From assembly GCA_031378845.1 (NCBI GenBank), contig JANNES010000016.1, positions 51,616 to 115,615 on the forward strand: a DNA stretch of 64,000 nucleotides, read 5' to 3'. Below the pieces are notes generated by a model that was not told where the DNA came from, did not search any database, and worked only from the letters and a program-made list of their open reading frames with translations. Each line of letters starts with the position of its first letter. Positions within the stretch are counted from its first letter, which is position 1. The position numbers were made by a program, and so were the translations under genes. The stretch comes from Rhodobacterales bacterium (GTDB lineage: Bacteria > Pseudomonadota > Alphaproteobacteria > Rhodobacterales > Rhodobacteraceae). Below are positions 43,861 through 53,034 of the stretch, in pieces.

Positions 43861-45039
43861 TCACTCGCCCTGAACGCCAGTGGCGCCCTCTTCGCCACGC
43901 GCCGCCTCTATGGCACGCCACTTGGCGACATTCTCGTTATGCGCCTCAAGCGTTTCTGCAAAAGCATGCCCCCCGGTGCCGTCAGCCACAAAGAACAGAT
44001 ACTTCGTCGCATCCGGGTTCAGCGCCGCCTCGATCGACAACTGGCCCGGATTGGCAATCGGTGTCGGTGGCAATCCGTCCACGACATAGGTGTTCCAAGG
44101 TGTCTCGCGGCGCAACTCGCTTTGCCGCAAGCCGCGCCCAAGAACGCCCTCACCCTTGGTAATCCCGTAGATCACCGTCGGGTCGGTCTGCAGCCGCATG
44201 TTTTGCCGCAACCGATTGACAAAGACACTGGCCACTTGCGGGCGTTCCTCAGGAATGCCGGTTTCCTTTTCCACGATGGAGGCCATCACCAGCGCCTCTT
44301 CAGGCGTCGCATAGGGCAAGCCCTCGGCGCGTTCGGCCCACGCAGTGGCAAGTACCGTGCCCTGCCGCTCGGTCATCTGGGCAATCAGCGCCGCACGGTC
44401 GGAGCCACGATCCACTTCGTAGCTGTCCGGCGAAAGACTGCCTTCGGGCGGAAGGGCTTCGACAACGCCTTCCAGAAAATCGGCCCGTTTCAGCGCATCG
44501 ACAACCTGCCAGCTGGTCACACCCTCGGCCAAGGTCACGCGCCAGCGCAGGTCTGGCTCTTCGATGACATCAAGATACTCGGCCGGCACTGCATCTGCGG
44601 CGGGGTCGAACTTCACGACCTCGGTGTAGCGATTTGATGCGGGATCAAGCTCGCGCAGGACGACATCCGCCGCAGCGATGCCAATCCTGAAATTGACCTC
44701 GCGCCCGCATGTCGACTGCCCCGAGGTTGTCAGCACATCCACGATCTGCGCCATCGATGACCGCGATGCCAGACGATAGGATCCAAACTTCAACCCATCC
44801 GACTTGTCCGAATAATCTGCCCCGATGCGAAAAATGCGCGCATCCGAAACCGCCCCTTGAGTTTCCAGCGCTCTGCTGACCGCGCTCAGCGTATCCCCTC
44901 GCTCAACGCGAAAGCAGATCGGTTTTGCCAAAGGCCCTTCGCCAGCGTACTGCTCGCGCCCCCAGGCAAGAATCCCGGCCGCAACCACCAGCATGACGAT
45001 GAACAGCGTCAGCGCGTTAGAGGCGATAGAGCGCCACAT
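43861..45039 (-). CDS. mltG: Endolytic murein transglycosylase MltG (YceG-like)
   Basis: 392 aa with an N-terminal TM helix and a YceG domain (LASIVEKE..., NTY...GLPP.PI.NPG). It has a 1-nt overlap with the fabF stop. Confidence 0.9.
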   Translation of the reverse strand: MWRSIASNALTLFIVMLVVAAGILAWGREQYAGEGPLAKPICFRVERGDTLSAVSRALETQGAVSDARIFRIGADYSDKSDGLKFGSYRLASRSSMAQIVDVLTTSGQSTCGREVNFRIGIAAADVVLRELDPASNRYTEVVKFDPAADAVPAEYLDVIEEPDLRWRVTLAEGVTSWQVVDALKRADFLEGVVEALPPEGSLSPDSYEVDRGSDRAALIAQMTERQGTVLATAWAERAEGLPYATPEEALVMASIVEKETGIPEERPQVASVFVNRLRQNMRLQTDPTVIYGITKGEGVLGRGLRQSELRRETPWNTYVVDGLPPTPIANPGQLSIEAALNPDATKYLFFVADGTGGHAFAETLEAHNENVAKWRAIEAARGEEGATGVQGE

Positions 45040-46301
45040 CAGCCCGCAACCTTTGCCAAAACCAGGCTGGCATTCGTGCCGCCGAACCCAAAGGAATTGG
45101 ACAGCGCCACGTCGATCCGGCGCTTTACCGCCGTGTTGGCCACAAGGTCCAGCTTTGGTGCCACAGCGGGGTTATCCAGATTGATCGTGGGCGGTGCGAC
45201 CTGATCACGGATTGCCAGCACGCAGAAGATCGCCTCCACCGCGCCTGCCGCCCCCAAAAGATGCCCGATGCTCGACTTGGTTGACGACATCGTGGCCTTC
45301 GCCGCCGCATCGCCCAATAGCCGCTCTACTGCGCCCAGCTCGATGGTGTCGGCCATCGTGCTGGTCCCGTGAGCGTTGATGTAGTCCACCGCCGCGGGCT
45401 CCAGACCGGCCCGCTTCAGCGCCATCTGCATGGACCGAAAGCCGCCCTCGCCATCCTCAGAAGGTGCCGTGATATGATGCGCATCTCCCGACAAGCCATA
45501 GCCCACCACTTCGGCATAAATCTTGGCGCCACGTGCACGCGCGTGCTCATATTCCTCCAGTACGACGACGCCTGCACCTTCGCCCATCACGAAACCATCG
45601 CGATCCGCATCATAAGGTCTGCTGGCTTTGGCGGGATCATCCGCGCGCTTGGTCGAAAGCGCTTTGCACGCATTGAACCCGGCGATGCCGATCTCGCAGA
45701 TCGGACTTTCCGCGCCACCGGCAACCATCACATCGGCGTCACCCCACTGGATCAATCGCGCCGCATCGCCGATGGCATGCGCCCCGGTCGAGCACGCCGT
45801 CACGACGGCATGGTTCGGCCCCTTAAAGCCGAACCGGATCGACACCTGACCCGAGATCAGGTTGATCAGCGCGCCCGGGATAAAGAACGGGCTTACGCGC
45901 TTGGGGCCCTTTTCCTTGATCAGCAAGGCGGTCTCTGCGATCGAGGCAAGCCCGCCGATCCCCGATCCGATCATCACGCCTGTGCGGCACCGTGCGTCTT
46001 CGTCTGCGGGTTCCCATCCGGAATCCCGCACCGCTTGCACCGCCGCTGCCATGCCGTAGACGATAAAGTCGTCAACTTTACGCTGGTCTTTCGGCTCCAT
46101 CCAGTCATCTGGATTAAACGTGCCATCCGTCCCGTCTCCGCGGGGGATCTCGCACGCGTACTTGGTTATGACCAGCGCAGGATCAAACCGCGTAATTGGC
46201 CCCGCGCCTGATTTCCCGGCAATGAGCCGGATCCAGGTGTCTTCGACCCCACACGCCAGCGGCGTGACCATCCCCAACCCCGTGATCACGACGCGACGCA
46301 T
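45039..46301 (-). CDS. fabF: Beta-ketoacyl-ACP synthase II
   Basis: 420 aa starting MRRVVITGLGMVTPL, with ACSTGAHAIGDA, NAHGTST and SNSFGFGGTNASL motifs. Confidence 0.97.
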   Translation of the reverse strand: MRRVVITGLGMVTPLACGVEDTWIRLIAGKSGAGPITRFDPALVITKYACEIPRGDGTDGTFNPDDWMEPKDQRKVDDFIVYGMAAAVQAVRDSGWEPADEDARCRTGVMIGSGIGGLASIAETALLIKEKGPKRVSPFFIPGALINLISGQVSIRFGFKGPNHAVVTACSTGAHAIGDAARLIQWGDADVMVAGGAESPICEIGIAGFNACKALSTKRADDPAKASRPYDADRDGFVMGEGAGVVVLEEYEHARARGAKIYAEVVGYGLSGDAHHITAPSEDGEGGFRSMQMALKRAGLEPAAVDYINAHGTSTMADTIELGAVERLLGDAAAKATMSSTKSSIGHLLGAAGAVEAIFCVLAIRDQVAPPTINLDNPAVAPKLDLVANTAVKRRIDVALSNSFGFGGTNASLVLAKVAG

Positions 46302-46449
46302 TCAGTCCACTCCCTGCAGTTCTTGCCCTTTAGGGGGTGATACACGCCCGCCCAAGGCCACGCAACACAAGGCAATCGACGTCGGTTCTGTGCCGCTCGT
46401 ATCCGCTCACCAACAAGGACGCGGCTGCGATCCCCGGCACCGGACCTCG

Positions 46450-47340
46450 CGATTGACGCGCCGGGCCATTCGCGGAAAACGCGAAAGACGCCAAACCTGT
46501 CAATCCATTTGCGATCCCTGACATCGGCAAACGAAGGCCGCTGAATTGCCAAAGGAGGGCTGGCAAGAACCGTCAAGTTGTCGGGGTTGTCCGTGCGAAA
46601 GGGACAGTTTGCGCCGTTGACATCCATCCGCCCTGCGAGGGGATCGCCGGGTCCGCGTAACAAGATCGCGTGCAGCTAGTCGCGGGCGGGTTCGACGACG
46701 GGGCCATGAAACGCACCAAAATGCGTCAGGGGAATCGGTCCACATGGCTTTGCGTCCATCAGTCGCGCTGAACCATTAAGCCTCTTGCCCTCGACGGCTG
46801 TTTCCAGAATGTCCAGATGACTTAGTGCACAGCCGCGCCAGCCAAAAGACAAAAAACCAGCCTTATCCTTAGGACGGATTGCACCAAAGAGGTAGGTGGT
46901 CTTGTCGTCGAATGCCGATCCGATCCTGGCCAGTTCGACCGTGGCCTTCTGTGACCGATCCGATCGACAGGGCAAATTGACAACCATCATAGGTCCCGCC
47001 AAACCAAACAAGCGCCGCGACGACCGCCTCGTGCTCCAGAATACCACCCGGTGCCGCGCCAGCCTTGACCTACGCCGCTTCGGGCCACGGGTCGAACGCA
47101 GTTCCATAGCCGCGATAGGCTTGAAACATAACGGTTTACCCGAAAAGTACGCCCGTGCAGCGATCCGTGATTGCCCACTGGCCAAACCCTATTCCTGCCA
47201 ATGCCCTGCATTGATCAAGACCGATGTCCGGTTTGTCGCCTTGGTTCGGGCTGGCACACAAATCCGTCCGGCGATCTCAGCGTCTGCCCACCGCTCGGCA
47301 AATCTGGCAAAAAAATCGCCCCACTGCATGTCATGCAAGA
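46450..47340 (-). pseudogene. Degenerate IS630/Tc1-mariner-like transposase remnant (multiple frames, in-frame stop)
   Basis: By-eye resemblance only, in the order expected for IS630 transposases: (R)VWPVGNHGS, ARIGS...YLFGAIRP, SHLDILETAV, ARLMDA, NPDNL, REW. These are spread over shifted frames with a TAG at 46676-46678. Third-position GC is lower than in the host genes. Confidence 0.35.
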
Positions 47341-47370
47341 TCAGCCGGTCACGCAACAGGTCCGGCACCG

Positions 47371-48315
47371 TCACCGTTGCATTCCCCGCGCGATCACCCC
47401 CATCACCGCCGCCAATAGTTGCGCCGCAGTGGTTGCCCCTAACCCGTCCACATCGCGGCCCGGCATGAATTCCACCATGTCGAACCCCGCGATGCCGGCC
47501 TTTTCGGCGACCGCGCCAATCAACTCCAGCACCTGCCAATAGCCAAGGCCCCCCGCCGTCCGCCCGATGACCGCTGGCATGACCCCGGGATCCAGCGCGT
47601 CGAGATCAAGACAGATGATCACCTCCGCGCCATCCGGGACGAGATCGACCGCTCGCCAGACGCCGGAACGAGCCACCTCGCCGGCGGGCACAAAGCTGAC
47701 ACCCCAGTCCAGTGCGTCGGCCAGATCGCTGTCGCGGGCCGAACCGATCCCACGGCTGCCGACCTGAATGATCCGTTCCACATGCCCCATTTCCGAGGCG
47801 CGCCGCATGGTGGAGGACAGCCCCAGCCGTTCACCCTGCACCTCGTCGCGCCAGTCGATATGCGCGTCAATTTGTAGGATTGTGAACCGTCGTCCACGCG
47901 CAGCATAGGCTTCCAGCATCGGCACGGGCAAGCTGTCATCCCCACCGATCAAGATCGGCACGGCCCCGCGATCAAGCACCAGATTGATCGCCCCGAAAAT
48001 CCGCGACCTATTACCCTGCGGGTCCGCCTCATCCTGAGGCAGATCGCCGGCGTCCACCGCTTCGATGCCCAGCGGCAGAACAGGTCCGCCCAAATCGAAA
48101 TTCACGTGGCCGAGGTTCGCCGCATAGGCCGCCCCCGCAGCCCTGATCGCCGCCGGTCCGCCCGCGCAGTAGAAGCCGACCGAAGGATAAGGCGTGCAGC
48201 CATCCGCCCCGATCAACGCGATCGGGGCTGTCAGCCGGCTCAGATCGCGGCACTTCGGAATGCCCATGAACGTATCGACCAAGCCGGACCCGAACATCGT
48301 CCCAAGCGTTGTCAT
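47371..48315 (-). CDS. Arginase/agmatinase/ureohydrolase-family protein with variant GGDDS motif
   Basis: Start at MTTLGTMFG (ATG 48315). Motifs are LIGGDDS (canonical GGDHS), QIDAHIDW (DAHxD) and LDLDALDP (DxDxxDP). Confidence 0.85.
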   Translation of the reverse strand: MTTLGTMFGSGLVDTFMGIPKCRDLSRLTAPIALIGADGCTPYPSVGFYCAGGPAAIRAAGAAYAANLGHVNFDLGGPVLPLGIEAVDAGDLPQDEADPQGNRSRIFGAINLVLDRGAVPILIGGDDSLPVPMLEAYAARGRRFTILQIDAHIDWRDEVQGERLGLSSTMRRASEMGHVERIIQVGSRGIGSARDSDLADALDWGVSFVPAGEVARSGVWRAVDLVPDGAEVIICLDLDALDPGVMPAVIGRTAGGLGYWQVLELIGAVAEKAGIAGFDMVEFMPGRDVDGLGATTAAQLLAAVMGVIARGMQR

Positions 48316-48460
48316 CTCTGCCCCGCTGCCGCGCCGATTGTGCTGGCAGCACTGTGCAGCCAATGTCGTCAGCCCAGCAAGTTACGATTGCCAAGCGATG
48401 CCGGACAGCGGCAATTGCCCGCCTGCCTGCAGGCCGTGACCCGCAAGGCCTGCGCATATG

Positions 48461-48484
48461 CAAAACGGCGTCCCAGGGGACGCC
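48461..48484 (-). terminator. Intrinsic terminator after acpP
   Basis: On the minus strand: GGCGTCCC-ct-GGGACGCC followed by GTTTTG, ~30 nt after the acpP stop. Confidence 0.6.
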
Positions 48485-48515
48485 GCAATGACAATCAACT
48501 CGACAACGCCTGGGG

Positions 48516-48749
48516 TCAGGCAGCTTCCGATATGAACTTTACCGCGTCACCAAAGGTCTGGATCGTTTCGGCGGCGTCATCGGGGATCTCGATGCCGAAC
48601 TCTTCTTCGAACGCCATCACCAGTTCCACGGTGTCAAGGCTGTCTGCGCCCAGATCGTCGATGAACGAGGCATTCTCGGTCACCTTGTCCTCTTCGACGC
48701 CCAGATGCTCGACGACGATCTTCTTCACACGGGTCGCGATGTCGCTCAT
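48516..48749 (-). CDS. acpP: Acyl carrier protein
   Basis: 77 aa with [21 protein letters not shown] (phosphopantetheine Ser motif). Confidence 0.98.
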   Translation of the reverse strand: MSDIATRVKKIVVEHLGVEEDKVTENASFIDDLGADSLDTVELVMAFEEEFGIEIPDDAAETIQTFGDAVKFISEAA

Positions 48750-48841
48750 TTTCTTTCCTCTGTGGTTGACGGGCGTGTCGCCCGCACTCTCTTGACGCGA
48801 CCGACGGGGTTGGCCTTCACCCCTCCCACGGTTTCGCAGCG

Positions 48842-48870
48842 CCTATAGCAAGGGGAATGCGCCAAGGCAA
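48842..48870 (-). promoter_or_regulatory. Candidate acpP promoter (-35 TTGCCT, 17 nt, -10 TATAGG on the minus strand)
   Basis: Read in the fabG-acpP intergenic region. Confidence 0.3.
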
Positions 48871-48947
48871 ACGCTTTCCAAGTGTGATCGGCAACATGGT
48901 GCAAGTGCGCGCAAGCGGTTTTGGTTCGCCGACCCGCGCATCTGCAG

Positions 48948-49685
48948 TCACACCATCTCCATGCCGCCGTTCACATGCAGGGTCGCCCCGGTGACATAGG
49001 CCGCTTCGCACGATGCGAGGAAGAGGACCGCAGCAGCGATCTCGGCAGGCTCGCCCATGCGTCCGGCGGGCACGACCCCGAGGATGGCGGCTCGTTGCGC
49101 ATCGGTGAGTTTGTCGGTCATCGCGGTCGCGATGAAACCCGGCGCCACGCAGTTGACGGTGATGCCGCGGCTTGCCACCTCGGCAGCCATGGATTTCGAC
49201 ATGCCGACCATGCCCGCCTTGCTTGCGGCATAATTCACCTGGCCCGCGTTCCCCGTGGTGCCCACGACCGAAGATATGTTGATGATCCGTCCCCAGCGCG
49301 CCTTCATCATACCACGAACTGCCGCGCGGCACAGCCGGAACGTCGCCGTCAGATTAACGTCGATAACCGATGCCCAGTCCTCATCCGACATCCGCATCGC
49401 AAGCCCGTCTTTGGTGATCCCGGCATTGTTGACCAGGATATCGACAGAACCCATCGCCTCGATGCCACGTTTGATCAGCCCTTCAACCTCTTCGGCCACC
49501 GACAGATTGCACGAAAGAACATGTGCCCGCGTGCCCAGTTCCGCCGCCAGCGCCTCCAGCGGTTCCAACCGCGTCCCAGACAGGCCAACAGACGCCCCGG
49601 CCGCATGCAGGACCCTTGCGATATCTGCCCCGATCCCACCTGACGCGCCCGTGACCAACGCCGATTTCCCGGTCAGATCAAACAT
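48948..49685 (-). CDS. fabG: 3-oxoacyl-ACP reductase
   Basis: Start at MFDLTGKSALVTGASGGIG (ATG 49685). It is an SDR with a YAASKAG catalytic motif. It overlaps the fabD stop by 8 nt. Confidence 0.95.
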   Translation of the reverse strand: MFDLTGKSALVTGASGGIGADIARVLHAAGASVGLSGTRLEPLEALAAELGTRAHVLSCNLSVAEEVEGLIKRGIEAMGSVDILVNNAGITKDGLAMRMSDEDWASVIDVNLTATFRLCRAAVRGMMKARWGRIINISSVVGTTGNAGQVNYAASKAGMVGMSKSMAAEVASRGITVNCVAPGFIATAMTDKLTDAQRAAILGVVPAGRMGEPAEIAAAVLFLASCEAAYVTGATLHVNGGMEMV

Positions 49686-50619
49686 CGCCTGCCCCCTTTG
49701 CCGCCGCAATATCCTGCGGTGTCCCGATGGCCCGCGTCACCGCACTCTCGGCGGTGCGCTTGATCATCCCCGACAACGCCTTGCCAGCGCCGATCTCCCA
49801 ATACTCGATCACCCCGGCCCCCTGCATCCACAGCACACTTTCCCGCCAGCGCACCGATCCTGTCACCTGCGCCACCAACAGCGCGCGAATGCGGTCCGGC
49901 TCAGTCACAGCCTCGGCACGAACATTGACGACAATCGGCACGGACGGCGCCGAAATCACGACAGCCGCAAGTGCCTCAGACATCACCGCCGCCGCCGGCT
50001 GCATCAGGGCGCAATGGAACGGGGCAGAGACCGGCAGGATCAAGGCCCGCCGGGCGCCGCGCGCCTTGGCGATCTCGACCGCGCGCTCAACGGCCTCTTT
50101 GTGGCCCGAAACCACGACCTGCATCGGATCGTTGTCGTTTGCTGCCTGACAGACCTGTCCCTGCGCCGCCTCTGCCGCCACCTCCGTGGCAACGACAAAA
50201 TCCAGCCCCAACAGCGCGGCCATCGCACCCACACCCACCGGCACCGCCTCTTGCATCGCCTTGCCGCGAATGCGCAGCAGCCGCGCGGTATCGGCCAGAC
50301 CCAAGGATCCGATCGCGCAGAGCGCGGAATACTCGCCCAAGGAATGCCCCGCGACAAAGCTTGCCACCTGCAGCCCCAGACCCTCCGCCTCCAGCGCGCG
50401 CAAGGCCGCAATAGATGTCGCCATCAGCGCAGGCTGCGCATTCTGCGTCATTGTCAGTGCATCTTGCTCACCCTCAAAGATCAGCGCCGACAGCTTTTCG
50501 TCCAACGCGGAATCAACCTCGTCAAAGACCGCCCGAGCGGCAGGATAAGCCTCGGCCAGTGCCTTTCCCATCCCAATGGTCTGGGCCCCCTGGCCTGGAA
50601 AAACGAATGCGCGGCTCAT
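49678..50619 (-). CDS. fabD: Malonyl CoA-ACP transacylase
   Basis: Start at MSRAFVFPGQGAQ (ATG 50619) after GGGAGAGGGAG. Active-site motif GHSLGEYSA. Confidence 0.95.
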   Translation of the reverse strand: MSRAFVFPGQGAQTIGMGKALAEAYPAARAVFDEVDSALDEKLSALIFEGEQDALTMTQNAQPALMATSIAALRALEAEGLGLQVASFVAGHSLGEYSALCAIGSLGLADTARLLRIRGKAMQEAVPVGVGAMAALLGLDFVVATEVAAEAAQGQVCQAANDNDPMQVVVSGHKEAVERAVEIAKARGARRALILPVSAPFHCALMQPAAAVMSEALAAVVISAPSVPIVVNVRAEAVTEPDRIRALLVAQVTGSVRWRESVLWMQGAGVIEYWEIGAGKALSGMIKRTAESAVTRAIGTPQDIAAAKGAGDV

Positions 50620-50711
50620 CAGTGACTCCCTCTCCCGGTGATCACCCGAATATCCCGCCAGCCCGCGTGACGCAATCGTTCCGACACACCTCCCACAACC
50701 CCGGCAAAGCC

Positions 50712-50739
50712 TTGCATCCTCACCCGCAATCTGTATAAG
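50712..50739 (+). promoter_or_regulatory. Candidate rpsF operon promoter (-35 TTGCAT, 16 nt, -10 TATAAG)
   Basis: Read in the fabD-rpsF divergent region. Confidence 0.4.
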
Positions 50740-50783
50740 GCCCCATCCTTGCAGCATTCCCATGAACCGGCGCAGCCTCTCGT

Positions 50784-50815
50784 GGACGGGCCGCTGCAAG
50801 GAGTTTCGCCCGTCC
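50784..50815 (+). promoter_or_regulatory. 5'-leader hairpin of rpsF (GGACGGGC ... GCCCGTCC, 16-nt loop)
   Basis: 8-bp perfect stem ~35 nt upstream of the rpsF ATG. This is the position where S6:S18-responsive leaders have been described in bacteria. Confidence 0.35.
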
Positions 50816-50847
50816 TATGAAATGCGCCTTGAAAAGCTGGAGACCGC

Positions 50848-51312
50848 ATGCCGCTTTATGAGCATGTCTTTATCGCGCGTCAGGACTTGTCCAACACGCA
50901 AGCCGAAGGCCTTATCGAACACTTTTCGACCGTCCTTTCGGACAACGGCGGCAAAGTCGTTGAAAACGAATACTGGGGCGTCAAGACGATGGCCTACAAG
51001 ATCAACAAGAACCGCAAGGGCCACTATGCTTTCCTCAAGTCCGATGCACCAGCATCGGCCGTGCAGGAAATGGAACGGCTGATGCGTCTGCATGATGACG
51101 TCATGCGCGTGTTGACTATCAAGGTCGACAAGCACGGCGAGGGCCCGTCGGTCCAGATGCAGAAACGTGACGACCGTGACCGTGGTGACCGTCCCGAGAT
51201 GGGCTTTGGCGGCGAACGCCGCGAGCGTCCGTCCTTTGGCGACCGCCCGGACCGTGGCGGCGACCGCGGTGACCGCGGTGACCGTCCGTCGTTCGGCGCA
51301 CCGCGTCGTTGA
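50848..51312 (+). CDS. rpsF: 30S ribosomal protein S6 (with Arg/Asp/Gly-rich C-terminal extension)
   Basis: Starts MPLYEHVFIARQDLS. The C-terminal RDRGDRP/GGDRGDRGDRP low-complexity tail is encoded by short GGTGACCG(C/T) repeats. Confidence 0.97.
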   Translation: MPLYEHVFIARQDLSNTQAEGLIEHFSTVLSDNGGKVVENEYWGVKTMAYKINKNRKGHYAFLKSDAPASAVQEMERLMRLHDDVMRVLTIKVDKHGEGPSVQMQKRDDRDRGDRPEMGFGGERRERPSFGDRPDRGGDRGDRGDRPSFGAPRR

Positions 51313-51336
51313 TCAGGTAGGCAAAGGATATAAACC

Positions 51337-51564
51337 ATGGCGAACAAACCGTTTTTCCGCCGCCGCAAGGTTTGCCCCTTCTCGGGCGACAATGCTCCGG
51401 CCATCGACTACAAAGATACCCGTCTGCTGCAGCGCTATGTCTCCGAACGCGGCAAGATCGTGCCGTCGCGGATTACCGCTGTCTCTGCCAAAAAGCAGCG
51501 CGAACTGGCCGCCGCGATCAAGCGCGCGCGCTTTCTCGCCCTGCTGCCCTATGCCGTGAAATAA
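51337..51564 (+). CDS. rpsR: 30S ribosomal protein S18
   Basis: 75 aa with [10 protein letters not shown] and IDYKD..LL..Y.SERGKI.P.RIT motifs. Confidence 0.97.
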   Translation: MANKPFFRRRKVCPFSGDNAPAIDYKDTRLLQRYVSERGKIVPSRITAVSAKKQRELAAAIKRARFLALLPYAVK

Positions 51565-51576
51565 GGAGCGCCAGAC

Positions 51577-52161
51577 ATGCAAGTGATCCTTCTTCAGCGC
51601 GTACCCAAGCTGGGCCAGATGGGCGAAGTCGTCAACGTCAAGGACGGCTACGGCCGCAACTACCTGCTTCCGCAGGGCAAAGCGTTGCGCGCCAATGATG
51701 GCAACATCAAATCGTTCGAGGCTAAAAAAGCACAGCTTGAGGCCGTGAACCTCGAGACCAAGAGCGAGGCCGAAGCGATCGGCGCGCAACTTGATGGCCA
51801 GACCTTTGTCGTGATCCGTTCTGCGTCCGACGCAGGCGCTCTTTACGGCTCGGTCACCACACGCGATGCGGCCGACGCGGCGACCTCCGCCGGGTTCACC
51901 GTGAACCGGGCACAGGTCGTGCTGGATCGTCCGATCAAGGATTTGGGCATGCACACGATTTCCGTCGTGCTGCACCCCGAGGTGATCGCCAAGGTCCGTC
52001 TGAACATCGCCCGCTCCGTCGAAGAGGCTGAATTGCAGGCCTCGGGCAAGTCGATCCAGGAACTCGCCGCCCAGGCCGAAGCCGAAGCGGAGTTCGAGAT
52101 TGCCGAGCTTTTCGACGAAATGGGTGCCGCCAACGACATCGATCCGCGCGACGAGCGCTAA
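51577..52161 (+). CDS. rplI: 50S ribosomal protein L9
   Basis: 194 aa starting [36 protein letters not shown]. Confidence 0.97.
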   Translation: MQVILLQRVPKLGQMGEVVNVKDGYGRNYLLPQGKALRANDGNIKSFEAKKAQLEAVNLETKSEAEAIGAQLDGQTFVVIRSASDAGALYGSVTTRDAADAATSAGFTVNRAQVVLDRPIKDLGMHTISVVLHPEVIAKVRLNIARSVEEAELQASGKSIQELAAQAEAEAEFEIAELFDEMGAANDIDPRDER

Positions 52162-52185
52162 GGCGCGCGATCGCGTCAACTACGG

Positions 52186-52220
52186 ACCGCGCCCGGGCAA
52201 CCCGGCGCGGTTTTTCTTTT
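52186..52220 (+). terminator. Strong intrinsic terminator after rplI
   Basis: ACCGCGCC(C)GGG caa CCCGGCGCGGT stem followed by TTTTTCTTTT. Confidence 0.7.
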
Positions 52221-52288
52221 GGCATCTTCCGAGAAATTGCAGGCCCATCGAACAGCGCGTCAATTCCCGAAAACGCCAGGAACAGGTT

Positions 52289-52825
52289 TCAGCCGAAAGC
52301 GCGTTGTGCAATCGCCGCGCGGGACATCGCGACTTGCTGCGCAAACGCATTGGTTGCGCTTGGCGTGACAGGGGGCAGCGCGGCTACGACTGTCTCGGCC
52401 CAATTGACGTAGTCCGATTGACGCTTGATTGGCCAGTCCGCAGGCGGTGAAACCCCAACAGCTTTTACATTGGACAGTTTGTCGCAAATCTTGACCAGCG
52501 CCGCCGTGGGCGATTTTTCAGGCGCTGAAAGTATTTGCAGTGCTTTGCGTCGTGCCTTTGGCAGTGCCTTGTCGTCAGTCAGTTCTGCGACAAGTGCGGC
52601 AACCTTCGTTCCAAACCGGGTAACAAGCTCAGCCGGCGACACATCGCAGTCCTCGACGGTATCGTGCAGCCAGGCCGCCATCACGGCATCCTCGCTGCCG
52701 CCAAACCCCGCCACCAATGTCGCGACATCTTCAAGGTGAACTCTGTAGGGCTCTGCTTTGACCCCTTTTCGTGTTTGCCCAAGATGGGCAAATTCCGCAA
52801 ATGATCGAGCGTCTTTTATCGTCAA
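52289..52825 (-). CDS. Stand-alone HD-domain hydrolase of the RelA/SpoT (ppGpp hydrolase-like) type
   Basis: 178 aa with FAHLGQTRKG..EPY..HLEDVA and AAWLHDTVEDC motifs. There is no synthetase domain. Confidence 0.8.
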   Translation of the reverse strand: MTIKDARSFAEFAHLGQTRKGVKAEPYRVHLEDVATLVAGFGGSEDAVMAAWLHDTVEDCDVSPAELVTRFGTKVAALVAELTDDKALPKARRKALQILSAPEKSPTAALVKICDKLSNVKAVGVSPPADWPIKRQSDYVNWAETVVAALPPVTPSATNAFAQQVAMSRAAIAQRAFG

Positions 52826-52982
52826 ATCTGCGATACTCCTGTTGGACAGATCTGTGCCACGCGCAATTGCTGCGCAAAATGTGCACTATTCCGTTGTTCA
52901 TATGATGGGAAATGCGCGGTTAGAGACCACACAATATGATTTTAGCACCATAAGCAGCGGACGACAAGCAGCGCGTCAAGCC

Positions 52983-53009
52983 AAAAAGGGCCGCGCCCAA
53001 GCGCGGCCC
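52983..53009 (-). terminator. Intrinsic terminator after tig
   Basis: On the minus strand: GGGCCGCGC ttgg GCGCGGCCC followed by TTTTTGG, ~25 nt after the tig stop. Confidence 0.7.
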
Positions 53010-53034
53010 CGGTCACATCCAGCCCGATCGCTGA

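Noticed and set aside
51170-51312. Short GGTGACCG(C/T)-type nucleotide repeats at the rpsF 3' end as a variable tandem repeat.
   Set aside because: They encode the Arg/Asp/Gly-rich C-terminal tail that S6 proteins of many alphaproteobacteria carry. This is low-complexity coding sequence rather than a separate element.
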